Position numbers and translations under genes: made by a program. Below, piece after piece: positions 30,037-42,704 of a stretch of 64,000 nucleotides of DNA; positions within the stretch are counted from its first letter, which is position 1, and every line of letters begins with the position of its first letter. A model generated the notes under the pieces. That model did not search any database. It was not told the origin of the DNA and was given only the letters and a program-made list of their open reading frames with translations. The DNA comes from an uncultured Pseudomonadales bacterium (GTDB lineage: Bacteria > Patescibacteriota > Microgenomatia > UBA1400 > PJMF01): assembly GCA_964457085.1 (NCBI GenBank), contig CAYWDM010000002.1, positions 3,816 through 67,815 of the forward strand. Reading direction: 5' to 3'.

Positions 30037-30675
30037 ATGACCGATCAACCAATCGTTCCAGAGTTACCAATCTACGTCATCGCTTGTGGTGATGAAGGGG
30101 TGCAAATCAATCAAGGCACTAGGTTGTCGTTTGTGGGTGCCGGGTATAAATTGCCAGGCTTCAGTGAAGCAGTGGTTATTCTCAAGAAAATTCTTGATAC
30201 AGATCTCAGAATTGTTTCTAGTCAAGAAAATGATTGGATTAAAGAACAATTGGATCTTCAAAATTGGCAACAAGTAAATGCAGTGACCCAGCAGCATGTA
30301 GCTGCTCTGGCAGATCAAGAAGGCTTGCTGTATGCAGGCTATTTTCCATTCAAGGATCCAAAGCAACTAGAGCATGGTGTCAAGGGACATATGGTTCGTC
30401 CACACAATGTTCATGTAGCCAACAAAGTTTGTTTTACTCTCGCAGGTGGCGAACATACTTATAATCTTGGTCAATACCAAATCAGTGCTGATTGGGTGGC
30501 GCAGGCTCCTAAAAAATTAGTTGAGACCTGTATCAAAACTCAGGTTGAGTTTTATACCAAAATCGCTAAACGAGATCTAATTGTGGTCTTCGAAGAGCGA
30601 GGCGTTCTCGGAGAAGAAGTTGCTGCTAAGAATCGCAAAATGCTGGAAAGCATTGGTATTAAACTTGCTGAATAA
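30037..30675 (+). CDS. Hypothetical protein
   Basis: 212 aa with no recognisable motifs. GC-richer than the neighbours. Confidence 0.4.
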   Translation: MTDQPIVPELPIYVIACGDEGVQINQGTRLSFVGAGYKLPGFSEAVVILKKILDTDLRIVSSQENDWIKEQLDLQNWQQVNAVTQQHVAALADQEGLLYAGYFPFKDPKQLEHGVKGHMVRPHNVHVANKVCFTLAGGEHTYNLGQYQISADWVAQAPKKLVETCIKTQVEFYTKIAKRDLIVVFEERGVLGEEVAAKNRKMLESIGIKLAE

Positions 30676-30806
30676 TTTTTCTTAGAAACTCGAAGAGTTG
30701 AGATTCTTTCCATTTTGTCCAATTCAGAATGGCAGTTGTGCTTTTAAGTAAAGCTGTGCGCTGATTCAAAAACAGCCAATCTTGACAGATTCCCTGAAAT
30801 ACGTAA

Positions 30807-31766
30807 TTAACGATTTATATTTTTTAACAACTGTGCAAAAAATGTGATCGCTTGGTAGAGGTGATAGGATGCAAAAAAAAGTATGCCATAACGTGCGATA
30901 AGCGTTTGAATTGGCGAGATTTTACCCTGTAATAGCTGCAATAGGGCAAAACGAACTTGGCTTGGATAGTCATCCCAGTTGGAATATTTCTTGAGTAAGG
31001 TGTCTGTAATTTGACGCTCGATTCCAGCCAGCATCACTCTTTTCATTACATACTGTTCCGTAAATCGATCTGGAAGCACTGAGTTAATGACGACTAAATC
31101 GGGGTCATACCAAACCTGTTTATTTTCCATTAAGCATTGATAACAAAGTAGACAATCTTCACCAAATAATAAATAGTTATCGGTTAAAAATCTTCCGAGT
31201 GATCTTGAAAAGAGTAACTTGTGAGTTTTGGATTGTTTAATACCCATATTGGCAGTAAAAATTGGTTCAGCAACAGTGCAGGGATGGGCATTTGGACCAT
31301 AGTCAACAAGTCCAAAACACCAATCATAGTTTTTTAACAGGCTCTGTTGCTTTGGCTTTATAGCAATCCTGTCATCACCTATTCTCACCTGTACACGGCC
31401 ACCTAAAATCAGTGCATCTGTATGCTTTGCCCAGGCTAGATGGTACTTTCTTAGTAAATCTGATTCAAACTCGCAGTCATCATCCGTGAACACTTGATGG
31501 CAATAACGCGCTTCTAGGATTCCCATGTTGCGTGCTGCTGATGGTCCTATTTGTTTACAATGAATAATACGAACAACAAGGTTATTTTGTTTTGGCGGCA
31601 GCCAATTCCCAACGTTATTTAGAACAAGTAGTACTTCGTAGTTGCCCTCATATTTAATTCGGTCGATCAGAGACAATAGTTTCCGAAATATATCTGGACG
31701 AGAAAAAGGTATGATCAAACTTATTGAGGTAGGTTTCACAAGTTGCAGCTCCAAAGTTTTTACCAA
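30807..31766 (-). CDS. Glycosyltransferase family 2
   Basis: Contains SISLIIPFSRPD and a DxD motif (VFTDDDCEF). Uses a TTG start. Confidence 0.6.
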   Translation of the reverse strand: MVKTLELQLVKPTSISLIIPFSRPDIFRKLLSLIDRIKYEGNYEVLLVLNNVGNWLPPKQNNLVVRIIHCKQIGPSAARNMGILEARYCHQVFTDDDCEFESDLLRKYHLAWAKHTDALILGGRVQVRIGDDRIAIKPKQQSLLKNYDWCFGLVDYGPNAHPCTVAEPIFTANMGIKQSKTHKLLFSRSLGRFLTDNYLLFGEDCLLCYQCLMENKQVWYDPDLVVINSVLPDRFTEQYVMKRVMLAGIERQITDTLLKKYSNWDDYPSQVRFALLQLLQGKISPIQTLIARYGILFFASYHLYQAITFFAQLLKNINR

Positions 31767-32008
31767 CTCAATTCATGAGGTATACAATAATAAATCTGTC
31801 ACATTGTATAACTAAGTTCTCAATATTAACATGCAACCACTGTTGATGAAAATTTCCCTTGAAAATGAATATGTATCAAGGTTAAAAGTTGATCAAATGT
31901 CACTATTTTTTGAGTTGATTCCTGATTGCGATTAAGTATTAATATGTTAACCTCAAAAGAGGAGTGCCAGCATCGCTTCTTTAGTTAAATTGTAAAAGCA
32001 AACTATTG

Positions 32009-32944
32009 ATGAAAATACTTATAACTGGGGGAGCAGGGTTTATAGGCTCACACGTTGTTGATCAGTATATCCATGCAGGGCATCAAGTGGTACTGATTGA
32101 TAATCTTTCACTGAGTACTGATAAATACATCAATAAGCAAGCAAAAGTGTACCGCACCGATCTCAGAGACACTGATAAGATTATCAACATTTTTCAACTT
32201 GAAAAGCCAGACATTGTCAATCACCATGCCGCTGATTCTCGATTGAGGCTTTCATTTACTGAAATTAAAAAAACTAGTGACAATAATATTGGTGGAACTT
32301 TATCAATCATAGAAGCAGCTAAAAAATACCCTCCAAAGAAGATACTCTTTGCGTCCTCAGGTGGAGCTATATATTCAAGTAGTCACATTCTTCACACTGA
32401 GGGTGAGAATTGCATTCCGGCGTCACCATATGGGATTGGAAAAAAAACTTGTGAGGAACTGTTTAATTTTTGTTACAAATACTACCAGATACCATACATT
32501 GCACTTCGGTACGGAAATGTATATGGACCGAGACAGAGTTGGACCTATGGAAATGGAATAGTGGCAATTTTAATAAATAACACTCTTAATGGTGGGGAAA
32601 CTAACTTGATTGGTAAGGGTACGGACCTACGAGATTATGTATATATTGATGACGTAGCCAGAGCAAATCTACTTGCTTTGGAGTCAGAATATATTGGACC
32701 AATGAATATCGCAACTGCAAAAGGTAGATCAGTAATTACCATAGCTAAACTAATTTCAAACAGTTTAAAGAAAGACTGCAAACTAATTCGAGTTCCACAG
32801 TATATCTATGGTGAACAAAAAAAGAATGTGCTCGATATTACACTTGCAGATGAAGTTATGGGTTGGAAACCAACAGTCAGCATTAAAAAAGGTGTTGAGA
32901 AAACTGTTGATTGGTATCAGAGAATGTGTGAAGGTACAGCATGA
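32009..32944 (+). CDS. NAD-dependent epimerase/dehydratase (UDP-sugar 4-epimerase-like SDR)
   Basis: Contains MKILITGGAGFIGSHVVDQY and a YxxxK pair (YGIGK). The ATG at 32009 lies just after the listed TTG. Confidence 0.7.
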   Translation: MKILITGGAGFIGSHVVDQYIHAGHQVVLIDNLSLSTDKYINKQAKVYRTDLRDTDKIINIFQLEKPDIVNHHAADSRLRLSFTEIKKTSDNNIGGTLSIIEAAKKYPPKKILFASSGGAIYSSSHILHTEGENCIPASPYGIGKKTCEELFNFCYKYYQIPYIALRYGNVYGPRQSWTYGNGIVAILINNTLNGGETNLIGKGTDLRDYVYIDDVARANLLALESEYIGPMNIATAKGRSVITIAKLISNSLKKDCKLIRVPQYIYGEQKKNVLDITLADEVMGWKPTVSIKKGVEKTVDWYQRMCEGTA

Positions 32945-34107
32945 ATATAATTTATGTTTCTCACATTCCCCAGAGCTCAAACATGAATTGGGTGAGTCTT
33001 ACGGCAAAGACTTTATCATCACACTCAGAAGTTTCAAGAGTAATACATATCGATTTTTTTAAGAAAAGTATCGAATTTAAAGATTTATTTCTGTCAAAAA
33101 ATTTGTTTAATTTATTCAAACAGATTAGTGAAATTATTTGCAAGAAATACGTTGATCTAACTTTTTACAACATAGTGCCCTTTCAACGATTTAAATCAGT
33201 TTTAGAATTTAATACAATTTTAAATTTATTGGGGCTTGGTTTGCTGTTTGCAGTAACAGGCAAACCAACGGTTTTGATAACCACTTATTCAAATCATGAC
33301 TGGCTTAGTCGAATACTTAGCTATATCAAAATCAGAATAGTTATTGCTGACTGTACGGATATTTGGCCAGTAGAAAACATCAAATATATGGCTCAAATTT
33401 CAGATGTATTTTGCGTTAATTCTGAGTCTATGTTGAAACATGTGTCAAAGTACATAAAGTCACCAAAATTAATTGCAACGGGTTATTTTCCGAAGATGCT
33501 TATGGAGAATATTGCGAAAAAAACCACGAATGCAACTCGTATACAAAAAAACTTAGTCCTGATCTCATCTGTTAATTGGCGAGTTAATTTTGCATTTATA
33601 AACAAAATTTTGGATGAATTAACCGACTACACTTTTTATCTAATCGGTCCGGACATGTTTGGCTACTTTAAAGAGGCTAACTGGGGCTATAAAAATACAA
33701 AAGCTCTAAGGGAATGGAAAATACTGAGAAATCGAGGTAATTTTAAACACATCATCATTCATGATCAAGAAGATTTACAAAATATAACAATTAAACATGC
33801 AGTTGGGCTAATTACGTATGACCTGAAAGATAGGTTTAATACTTTTTGTCACCCAATAAAGTTATATCAATACTATGCGATGGGTTTCCCGGTGGTGTCT
33901 GTTTCTGTTCCCTCTATTCTGAACCAGAAGAGCGAAACTTTTCTCAAATTTGCAGATACAGTTAGTGATTTCTCCCAAGGTGTAAAATTAATGAATTCTA
34001 AAAAACTTAGTAAAGCAGACAGAAGAAAAATGCTTGCTATCTCAGTCAGTCAAAGCTTCGAATCAAAATCAGATGAACTTGTGCAAATAATCAAAGAAAA
34101 ACTGTAA
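32941..34107 (+). CDS. Glycosyltransferase, GT-B/GT1-like (paralog of 20535..21737)
   Basis: Shares the CHPIKLYQYYAMGFPVV motif with the ORF at 20535. Confidence 0.45.
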   Translation: MNIIYVSHIPQSSNMNWVSLTAKTLSSHSEVSRVIHIDFFKKSIEFKDLFLSKNLFNLFKQISEIICKKYVDLTFYNIVPFQRFKSVLEFNTILNLLGLGLLFAVTGKPTVLITTYSNHDWLSRILSYIKIRIVIADCTDIWPVENIKYMAQISDVFCVNSESMLKHVSKYIKSPKLIATGYFPKMLMENIAKKTTNATRIQKNLVLISSVNWRVNFAFINKILDELTDYTFYLIGPDMFGYFKEANWGYKNTKALREWKILRNRGNFKHIIIHDQEDLQNITIKHAVGLITYDLKDRFNTFCHPIKLYQYYAMGFPVVSVSVPSILNQKSETFLKFADTVSDFSQGVKLMNSKKLSKADRRKMLAISVSQSFESKSDELVQIIKEKL

Positions 34108-34112
34108 TAAAC

Positions 34113-35627
34113 ATGTCAAGTTACTTTGTTGATATTGATGGTGTACTATTCAAAATGGGCACAAATACAGCCAATGCTGGTGCTGTAGAAACGCTGAAAT
34201 TTTTATTGAGTCAAGGCCATAAGCTCATACTGACAACAAAAAGAAATACAAAGAATCAAGACAATCCCGATTTAAATTTGAAAGCTACCAGACAGGCTTT
34301 ACAAAATGTCGGATTGGGACATTTGGAAATTGTAGCAGATGTTCCAAGTCCTAGATATTTAATCAATGATGAGGGTGCGTATGCAATTAATGTACTCAGC
34401 AACGAACCAATGAGTTATTTAAATAAACAGATAATTGAGAGTCGGAATATTGAAAAAAAAATCTACGACTCACTTGCCACCATGATTTGGGTGACAACCA
34501 AATATGATAACTGCTCTGATGCAGACGAATATGTTCAGACCTTAATAATTGCCCAATCTTTAATAAAAAACCGTGGTTTTAATCATCGTGATTTAGTTAA
34601 ACGATATGCCAGCAAAACAGACTTCATCTTTAACAACTCAGCACTCCACGAGTTCAACAGTGGTGGAGTGTCAAAACATTACAGAGGTCAGATATATCGA
34701 CTTAAAAAAAGTGGCAATCCTCTCTACCTAGCAAAAACTGGGGTCACAGATGGGGCAGCAATGAAGGTTTTGCCGATTGTTGCGTATTATCTGTTTGATT
34801 TTGAAGCATTAGTTACCAACACCGATCGTATTGTCAAGGTAACTCACTATGCTATTGAGGCTCGTTTGTCCGCAGTTTTAGTGGTGCTAAGGTATCGACA
34901 ACTATTGCTCGGATTTGAGGACACCACAGACGATTTAATTAGAGACTTCATGGCTGCTATTAAAATACTTGGATTTGAGAATGAGAGCCATTTTTTTGTG
35001 AATCTGGTATTGAAGGCCAAAAAAATTACTGACAATCAACAAGATGCTGAGTCGTTGCTGGCACAATTGGCTAAGGAAATAGGCTTGGATTACTTGGCAT
35101 GGAGTACGCCCATCTCGGCATGCTTTTGGTCATTTAGAGCTACGGATGAGTTTTATCGTTTTTTTAATCCAAAAAATGACAAGGTAATTACCATTAATCA
35201 AACTTCCATCGATGCGAACACGCTCGACAAGCGGGTATTGAGTAGTTACGAAAAACAGCTGATAAAAATTGGTCAATATAAATCTCACTTACAAGCGCAT
35301 GGGTACCATTGGAAAGATAAAATCGACATTGACACTTTTTTCTCCATTGCATTCAGTCTGGTTGCTGTGCGTGATGGAACTAAAAAAATTGATGCGGCTT
35401 CTCAGCAGTCCATAAAAGAATATGGCGAGGACCTTCACTCAATGGTTCAAAATTTGCTCTTTAAAAAGAGCTCTGCTCAGAATTTCCAACTTCGAAAAAC
35501 CATTCGATTGATCAGATATTCAATTTATTCATTTTTCAAGATGCTATTTGACAGAATGAAACTTAATCTTGGAATTAAGGCATATTTACAAAGATATACA
35601 AAACCTGTCGACCAAGAGCTGCTCTAA
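34113..35627 (+). CDS. HAD-superfamily phosphatase-like N-terminal domain fused to a ~390-aa C-terminal domain of unknown function (possibly ADP-ribosylglycohydrolase-like; speculative)
   Basis: HAD motif I FVDIDGVLF, motif II LILTTKR, and the motif III/IV region LINDEG. The C-terminal domain has no confident match. Confidence 0.35.
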   Translation: MSSYFVDIDGVLFKMGTNTANAGAVETLKFLLSQGHKLILTTKRNTKNQDNPDLNLKATRQALQNVGLGHLEIVADVPSPRYLINDEGAYAINVLSNEPMSYLNKQIIESRNIEKKIYDSLATMIWVTTKYDNCSDADEYVQTLIIAQSLIKNRGFNHRDLVKRYASKTDFIFNNSALHEFNSGGVSKHYRGQIYRLKKSGNPLYLAKTGVTDGAAMKVLPIVAYYLFDFEALVTNTDRIVKVTHYAIEARLSAVLVVLRYRQLLLGFEDTTDDLIRDFMAAIKILGFENESHFFVNLVLKAKKITDNQQDAESLLAQLAKEIGLDYLAWSTPISACFWSFRATDEFYRFFNPKNDKVITINQTSIDANTLDKRVLSSYEKQLIKIGQYKSHLQAHGYHWKDKIDIDTFFSIAFSLVAVRDGTKKIDAASQQSIKEYGEDLHSMVQNLLFKKSSAQNFQLRKTIRLIRYSIYSFFKMLFDRMKLNLGIKAYLQRYTKPVDQELL

Positions 35628-35656
35628 AGAGAATGCCAACCCAACTTGAGAGGCAA

Positions 35657-36430
35657 TTATGCTGATCTCAGCCCCCGGCTCAGCGCTGCTTTAAAAGCGA
35701 GCTTTAATATCCATATCGAGATGATGAAATAGATGGACGCTAAGAAAAAGCCAACCGCTAAGCTATAACTCTGAGATTGAATTCCAAGTATTGTAAATCG
35801 CATTACTTCAAAGACATGCGTCGAGGGAATGTAGAAGGCCAATGATTGTGCCCAGTTTGGCAAAGCGGAGACTGGATACACAATGGCTGCGAAAGGTGAC
35901 AAAAATGCAGCAATGCTAAAGGGCAATCCCTGTGCTTTGGTACCCACAATAAATAGTCCAGCTGAAATGAGTGTGCCAAGTGCCCACCCAGTTAATACTA
36001 ATATTAACACCATGAAGAAAAACGAGGGACCTATTCCAATTAGATTGACTCCATAAACGTATTGAGTAAAAGCACAGGCAAAGGCAAAACTGAGGAGTAT
36101 TTTAAACAAACTAAAAAACATAACTGATGCCAGCCATTCAGTTACGCTTAAAGGGGAAACAAATAGATTTACTAGATTTCCGTCCCAATACTCATGTAAT
36201 ACGCTAACAATAATCTCGTGCTGGGCTCTCCACACGATAATCCACATCAGCAAGCCAGATAGTACCATTGCAATATATGTGTAGTCTTGTATCTGATTTC
36301 TAATATATTGGCTACCCAAACCCCACATCGCGAGATCAACGATGGGATAAAAGAAAATATCAGCTAAACGATCATAGCTGCGATACAACATGTACCAATA
36401 GCGTAAGGCAACTGCAAAGATTCTATGCAT
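35657..36430 (-). CDS. ABC-2 type transporter permease (Wzm/TagG-like)
   Basis: 257 aa with 6 TM helices. Lies 8 nt downstream of the ABC ATPase. Confidence 0.55.
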   Translation of the reverse strand: MHRIFAVALRYWYMLYRSYDRLADIFFYPIVDLAMWGLGSQYIRNQIQDYTYIAMVLSGLLMWIIVWRAQHEIIVSVLHEYWDGNLVNLFVSPLSVTEWLASVMFFSLFKILLSFAFACAFTQYVYGVNLIGIGPSFFFMVLILVLTGWALGTLISAGLFIVGTKAQGLPFSIAAFLSPFAAIVYPVSALPNWAQSLAFYIPSTHVFEVMRFTILGIQSQSYSLAVGFFLASIYFIISIWILKLAFKAALSRGLRSA

Positions 36431-36438
36431 AATTACAG

Positions 36439-37356
36439 CTACATTTCTTTAATAAAGTAGTCATATAAGGTTTGTTTTTTAATTTCAACATCGACATATG
36501 ATATCTTGTTTAACACCATCATCGAAAACAGATTGACTAGAGTATTACTCGGCACCTTTATCTCACACACATCTCTGTTTCCAGTAATACTTATTGTATT
36601 TTCTCGACAAACTTGTTTAAGTTTTTGAAATGCTTTTACTTTTGTGAGTTTTACTATGGTCTCATGGCTACTTTTGGCTAATTCACTTGGTCGCTCAATC
36701 TTAAATATTTCACCCTTTTTTAAAAAAATAGCTCTGTCACACAAATCCTCAACCTCATTCATGTTATGAGAAGTTAACACAATGGTAGTCCCACGCGTTT
36801 TGCTGAGTCGCATCAAATGCATTCTAATTTTATTGGCGGCCTTAGGATCGATTGACGCAGTTGGCTCATCAAGAAACAAAACAGTGGGTTCATTAATTAG
36901 TGCTTTGGCAATATTAACCTTTGCAATTTGTCCGCTTGATAAAGTCTTAATTTGTTTATCCAGTAATGCTTCAAGTTGGAATTCTGCTATTAGCCCATCA
37001 AAAAGTTCTTTGTTCCATCGACTGTGGTAAAGATAAAATGTATAGGTAAGTGCTTGCTTGACTGTTAGTAATGGAGGCAAACTAATATATGTCGAAGAGA
37101 AATTTATATAGTGTGCAATTTGAGCTCGGTTTTTTTGCAGTTCTTTGCCGAAGAAACGTATTGATCCAGAAGTTGGTGTGAGGAGACCAAGTAGCATTTG
37201 GATTAGTGTTGTTTTGCCCGCACCATTAGAACCCACTATGCCTAACACTTCTCCGGGGGACACAGAAAAACTTACGTTACTGATTGCCAAAGTTGGCTTT
37301 ACAAAAAATCCTGAATATACCTTATTTAGAAGTGAAACATCTATCGCATTTTCCAT
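36439..37356 (-). CDS. ABC transporter ATP-binding protein (Wzt/TagH-like)
   Basis: Walker A GIVGSNGAGKTT, signature LSSGQ, Walker B LFLDEPTASID. Confidence 0.8.
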   Translation of the reverse strand: MENAIDVSLLNKVYSGFFVKPTLAISNVSFSVSPGEVLGIVGSNGAGKTTLIQMLLGLLTPTSGSIRFFGKELQKNRAQIAHYINFSSTYISLPPLLTVKQALTYTFYLYHSRWNKELFDGLIAEFQLEALLDKQIKTLSSGQIAKVNIAKALINEPTVLFLDEPTASIDPKAANKIRMHLMRLSKTRGTTIVLTSHNMNEVEDLCDRAIFLKKGEIFKIERPSELAKSSHETIVKLTKVKAFQKLKQVCRENTISITGNRDVCEIKVPSNTLVNLFSMMVLNKISYVDVEIKKQTLYDYFIKEM

Positions 37357-37630
37357 GGTAAGTTGCTTATTTAAGAGTATTTCTTTTTAATTGTATGCTA
37401 GCTCACTGGGTTTGATAAAAGTGTATGTTTGTTGAAGTAATCAAAACCCACAATGATTTGCGCTGTGAGTCTGTGCAAATACCTGCTCAGGTAGAATTTC
37501 TCACTGTGTCAGTAGTTTACTAGAGAAACCAATGCTGGAACGATATTACGATAAACTGATTTCATTGTACATATTCAACTAGTGCTTACTGGATAAGGTC
37601 TTATCTATTTGAAATTGATTTGAAAGTGAA

Positions 37631-37660
37631 AATGCCTGGTCGTGAAACCAGGCATTTTTT
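37631..37660. terminator. Hairpin plus T-tract, candidate (bidirectional) terminator
   Basis: The stem AATGCCTGGT / ACCAGGCATT is followed by TTTTTT. Confidence 0.4.
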
Positions 37661-37670
37661 GGAAGCAGGG

Positions 37671-38021
37671 TTATCTGATGGCGCGCTCTTCGAGCGTATC
37701 TTTGATTAAGCCCATGAGCTGTTCTGGCGCTGCGTCTGGGAAAAAAAGACGCATTCCCATTTCTTCAATTGTTTGGATGTCTTTTTCAATAGCAGGTTTG
37801 AAAAGGTCACTTTTTTCTTTCAAAAATAGACCAATCCTTCCTGCAACTACACCCAATTCAATCGTATCAATAGGTTTACCAGCTAGAATGTTTCTAAACA
37901 GTTCTTCACCAAAAAAACCATACGCTGCTTCCAGTGCGGGTTGAGGTAATGCCATATGGATATCACCTCCTTTCGCTTTGGATTTGTTGACAACGGATTT
38001 GACGGCGCCAAGGCCGACCAT
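37671..38021 (-). CDS. Hypothetical small protein (GC-rich; alternative start at 37955)
   Basis: ORF of 116 aa, or 94 aa from the internal ATG. No recognisable motifs. Confidence 0.25.
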   Translation of the reverse strand: MVGLGAVKSVVNKSKAKGGDIHMALPQPALEAAYGFFGEELFRNILAGKPIDTIELGVVAGRIGLFLKEKSDLFKPAIEKDIQTIEEMGMRLFFPDAAPEQLMGLIKDTLEERAIR

Positions 38022-38160
38022 CAGCTATCAACAGGCCTATATTGTATCAGTTTTAACTAATATAAGCTTCTGTAGCGGGAAAATAGTGCTAATTCCGGCT
38101 ATTTTTACTATTTGCCGACCGCACCGAAAACCAGCCTTCTTTTTGCCTTGTAATACACTG

Positions 38161-38189
38161 TTGCATTATCATAATTCATTGGATAGAAT
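38161..38189 (+). promoter_or_regulatory. Candidate rRNA-operon promoter (TTGCAT, 17-nt spacer, TAGAAT)
   Basis: -35 TTGCAT at 38161-38166, a 17-nt spacer, and -10 TAGAAT at 38184-38189. It lies about 135 bp upstream of tRNA-Ala. Confidence 0.3.
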
Positions 38190-38322
38190 ACACTTCGTTC
38201 ATACGCGACAATCCTTTATGGATTCCCTCCGTTTTCAGAGTTGAGTGATAGTTGCCAGAAGCTTGCCCAAGCTTCGTTGTCTGTTTTAGACGTGGTAACG
38301 CTGAGGTTGTGATTGGTTAATT

Positions 38323-38396
38323 GGGCCCTTAGCTCAGTTGGCTAGAGCGCGTCATTTGCAATGACGAGGTCAAGGGTTCGAGACCCTTAGGGTCCA
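38323..38396 (+). tRNA. tRNA-Ala (anticodon UGC)
   Basis: Cloverleaf with an anticodon loop TT-TGC-AA. A G3:U70 wobble pair (Ala identity element) is present in the acceptor stem GGGCCCT/AGGGTCC, with discriminator A. The CCA end is not encoded. Confidence 0.85.
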
Positions 38397-38634
38397 CTCA
38401 AGCTTAACAAGTACTTATATAGTTTGCGGTTTCTTCTCTTGAAAATTGGTAACAGTTTTCAAAAGCTGGTGACCGCACGGCCTAGCCGAGCGTGATCAGC
38501 ACGCACTTGTACATTAAAAAGTGAAGGAAATTGTCATCATAAGTAAATGGCTGAGTATTGTTTTTAAGACAATAATCGAAATTATTACTTTCTCAAGTTT
38601 TGAACTTAAGAATGAAACAAATTGACGTAAGATA

Positions 38635-41600
<2,966 letters not shown>

Positions 41601-41755
41601 GTCTTAGAAACGGTATCTCAGTCAGATGGTTGGAGTGTTTTGAACACAACAACGCATTACGTTTACTAGATGACATATTTTCTTCACTTTTTAGTGATAC
41701 AAGTGTTACAATTTGACTTGGTGTAACAGCCAAATAACAAGTTAAGAGCATTTTG

Positions 41756-41873
41756 TCCTGGTCTCCCGAGCGTAGTGGTCCCAACTCTTCCCATCCCGAA
41801 CAGAGTCTTGAAACACTTCAGCGCTGACAATAGTTATACCGCAAGGTGTTGCGAAGATAAGTCGAGGCCAGAA
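41756..41873 (+). rRNA. rrf: 5S ribosomal RNA
   Basis: Reads CCTGGTCTCCCGAGCGTAGTGGTCCCAACTCTTCCCATCCCGAACAGAG...GAGGCCAG, with paired termini and conserved CCGAAC loop C. Confidence 0.8.
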
Positions 41874-41916
41874 CAAAATGCTTTTTTTGTGCCTCAAGGG
41901 GTGATAGTATGGATGC

Positions 41917-42648
41917 ATGCCTCCTACAGCTAAACGGACAATTTCTTCACCAAAATCTTTTAAATCAAAAAAAACCAACTTTAGACATTGGTTGATGATA
42001 CTTCCCTTTATTTTATTATTGGTTGGTTTGGCTGCGGCAGCATTTTTATTGAGTACCAATTCTGACTTGAGGCAACAGGCGGCAGGAGTGGCATACATTG
42101 CGTGTAAAACTTCTTCACAGTGTCCTTCAGGGGCGACGTGTCAGCCAAATGGCATTTGTTCAACTCCTACGGCTTGTAAAATGTTTAGTGGTAATTGTCC
42201 ATCAGGTCAATTCTGTGATTTTGGCAAAGATGGTAAGCCAGTTTGCTTGGTTGGATCTGGTTGTAGTGCAAAAAAGCCGTGTCCAGCTGGGACAACTTGT
42301 GACTATACAGTTGGTCAACTAGAAGGTGACGGTGGTACCTGTCGTACTGCTCTTGGTAATTGTAATGACAAAACTCCTTGCCCAGTCGGTCAAAGTTGTG
42401 CAAGTGGTGCCTGTGTACGACCATTTGGTTGTGCAAGTGGCTGTAAATCAGGTGAAGTTTGTGATACTAGTGTGGCTGGTAAATGTGTAAAGCCTCTTTC
42501 ACTTTGTAAAAATAATGTATGCCCAACAGGTCAAGAATGCGTAGCTGGTGGTTGTTTATACAAAGAAGTTTGTACTCCTGGAGTTTGCAGTAGACCTACT
42601 CCAGTTCCAGTAACCAAAATTAATACCAAAATTAAATCCCGAAGATAA
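41917..42648 (+). CDS. Cysteine-rich repeat protein with an N-terminal signal-anchor (secreted or surface protein)
   Basis: Basic N-terminus plus a TM segment (WLMILPFILLLVGLAAAAFLL), followed by at least 6 repeats of the C-P-x-G-x-x-C type (QCPSGATC, NCPSGQFC, PCPAGTTC, PCPVGQSC, GCKSGEVC, VCPTGQEC). Confidence 0.5.
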   Translation: MPPTAKRTISSPKSFKSKKTNFRHWLMILPFILLLVGLAAAAFLLSTNSDLRQQAAGVAYIACKTSSQCPSGATCQPNGICSTPTACKMFSGNCPSGQFCDFGKDGKPVCLVGSGCSAKKPCPAGTTCDYTVGQLEGDGGTCRTALGNCNDKTPCPVGQSCASGACVRPFGCASGCKSGEVCDTSVAGKCVKPLSLCKNNVCPTGQECVAGGCLYKEVCTPGVCSRPTPVPVTKINTKIKSRR

Positions 42649-42704
42649 GATGAGGTCAGGACATAGTGCTTCTTTTGTGTAAAATGTGCTGCTAGTATTA
42701 GTGC

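Noticed and set aside
38400-38634. tRNA-Ile expected between the promoter and the 23S
   Set aside because: Only one cloverleaf (tRNA-Ala) could be folded by eye in the leader. The remaining spacer shows a small GC hairpin (gcgtgatcagcacgc) but no tRNA-like structure.
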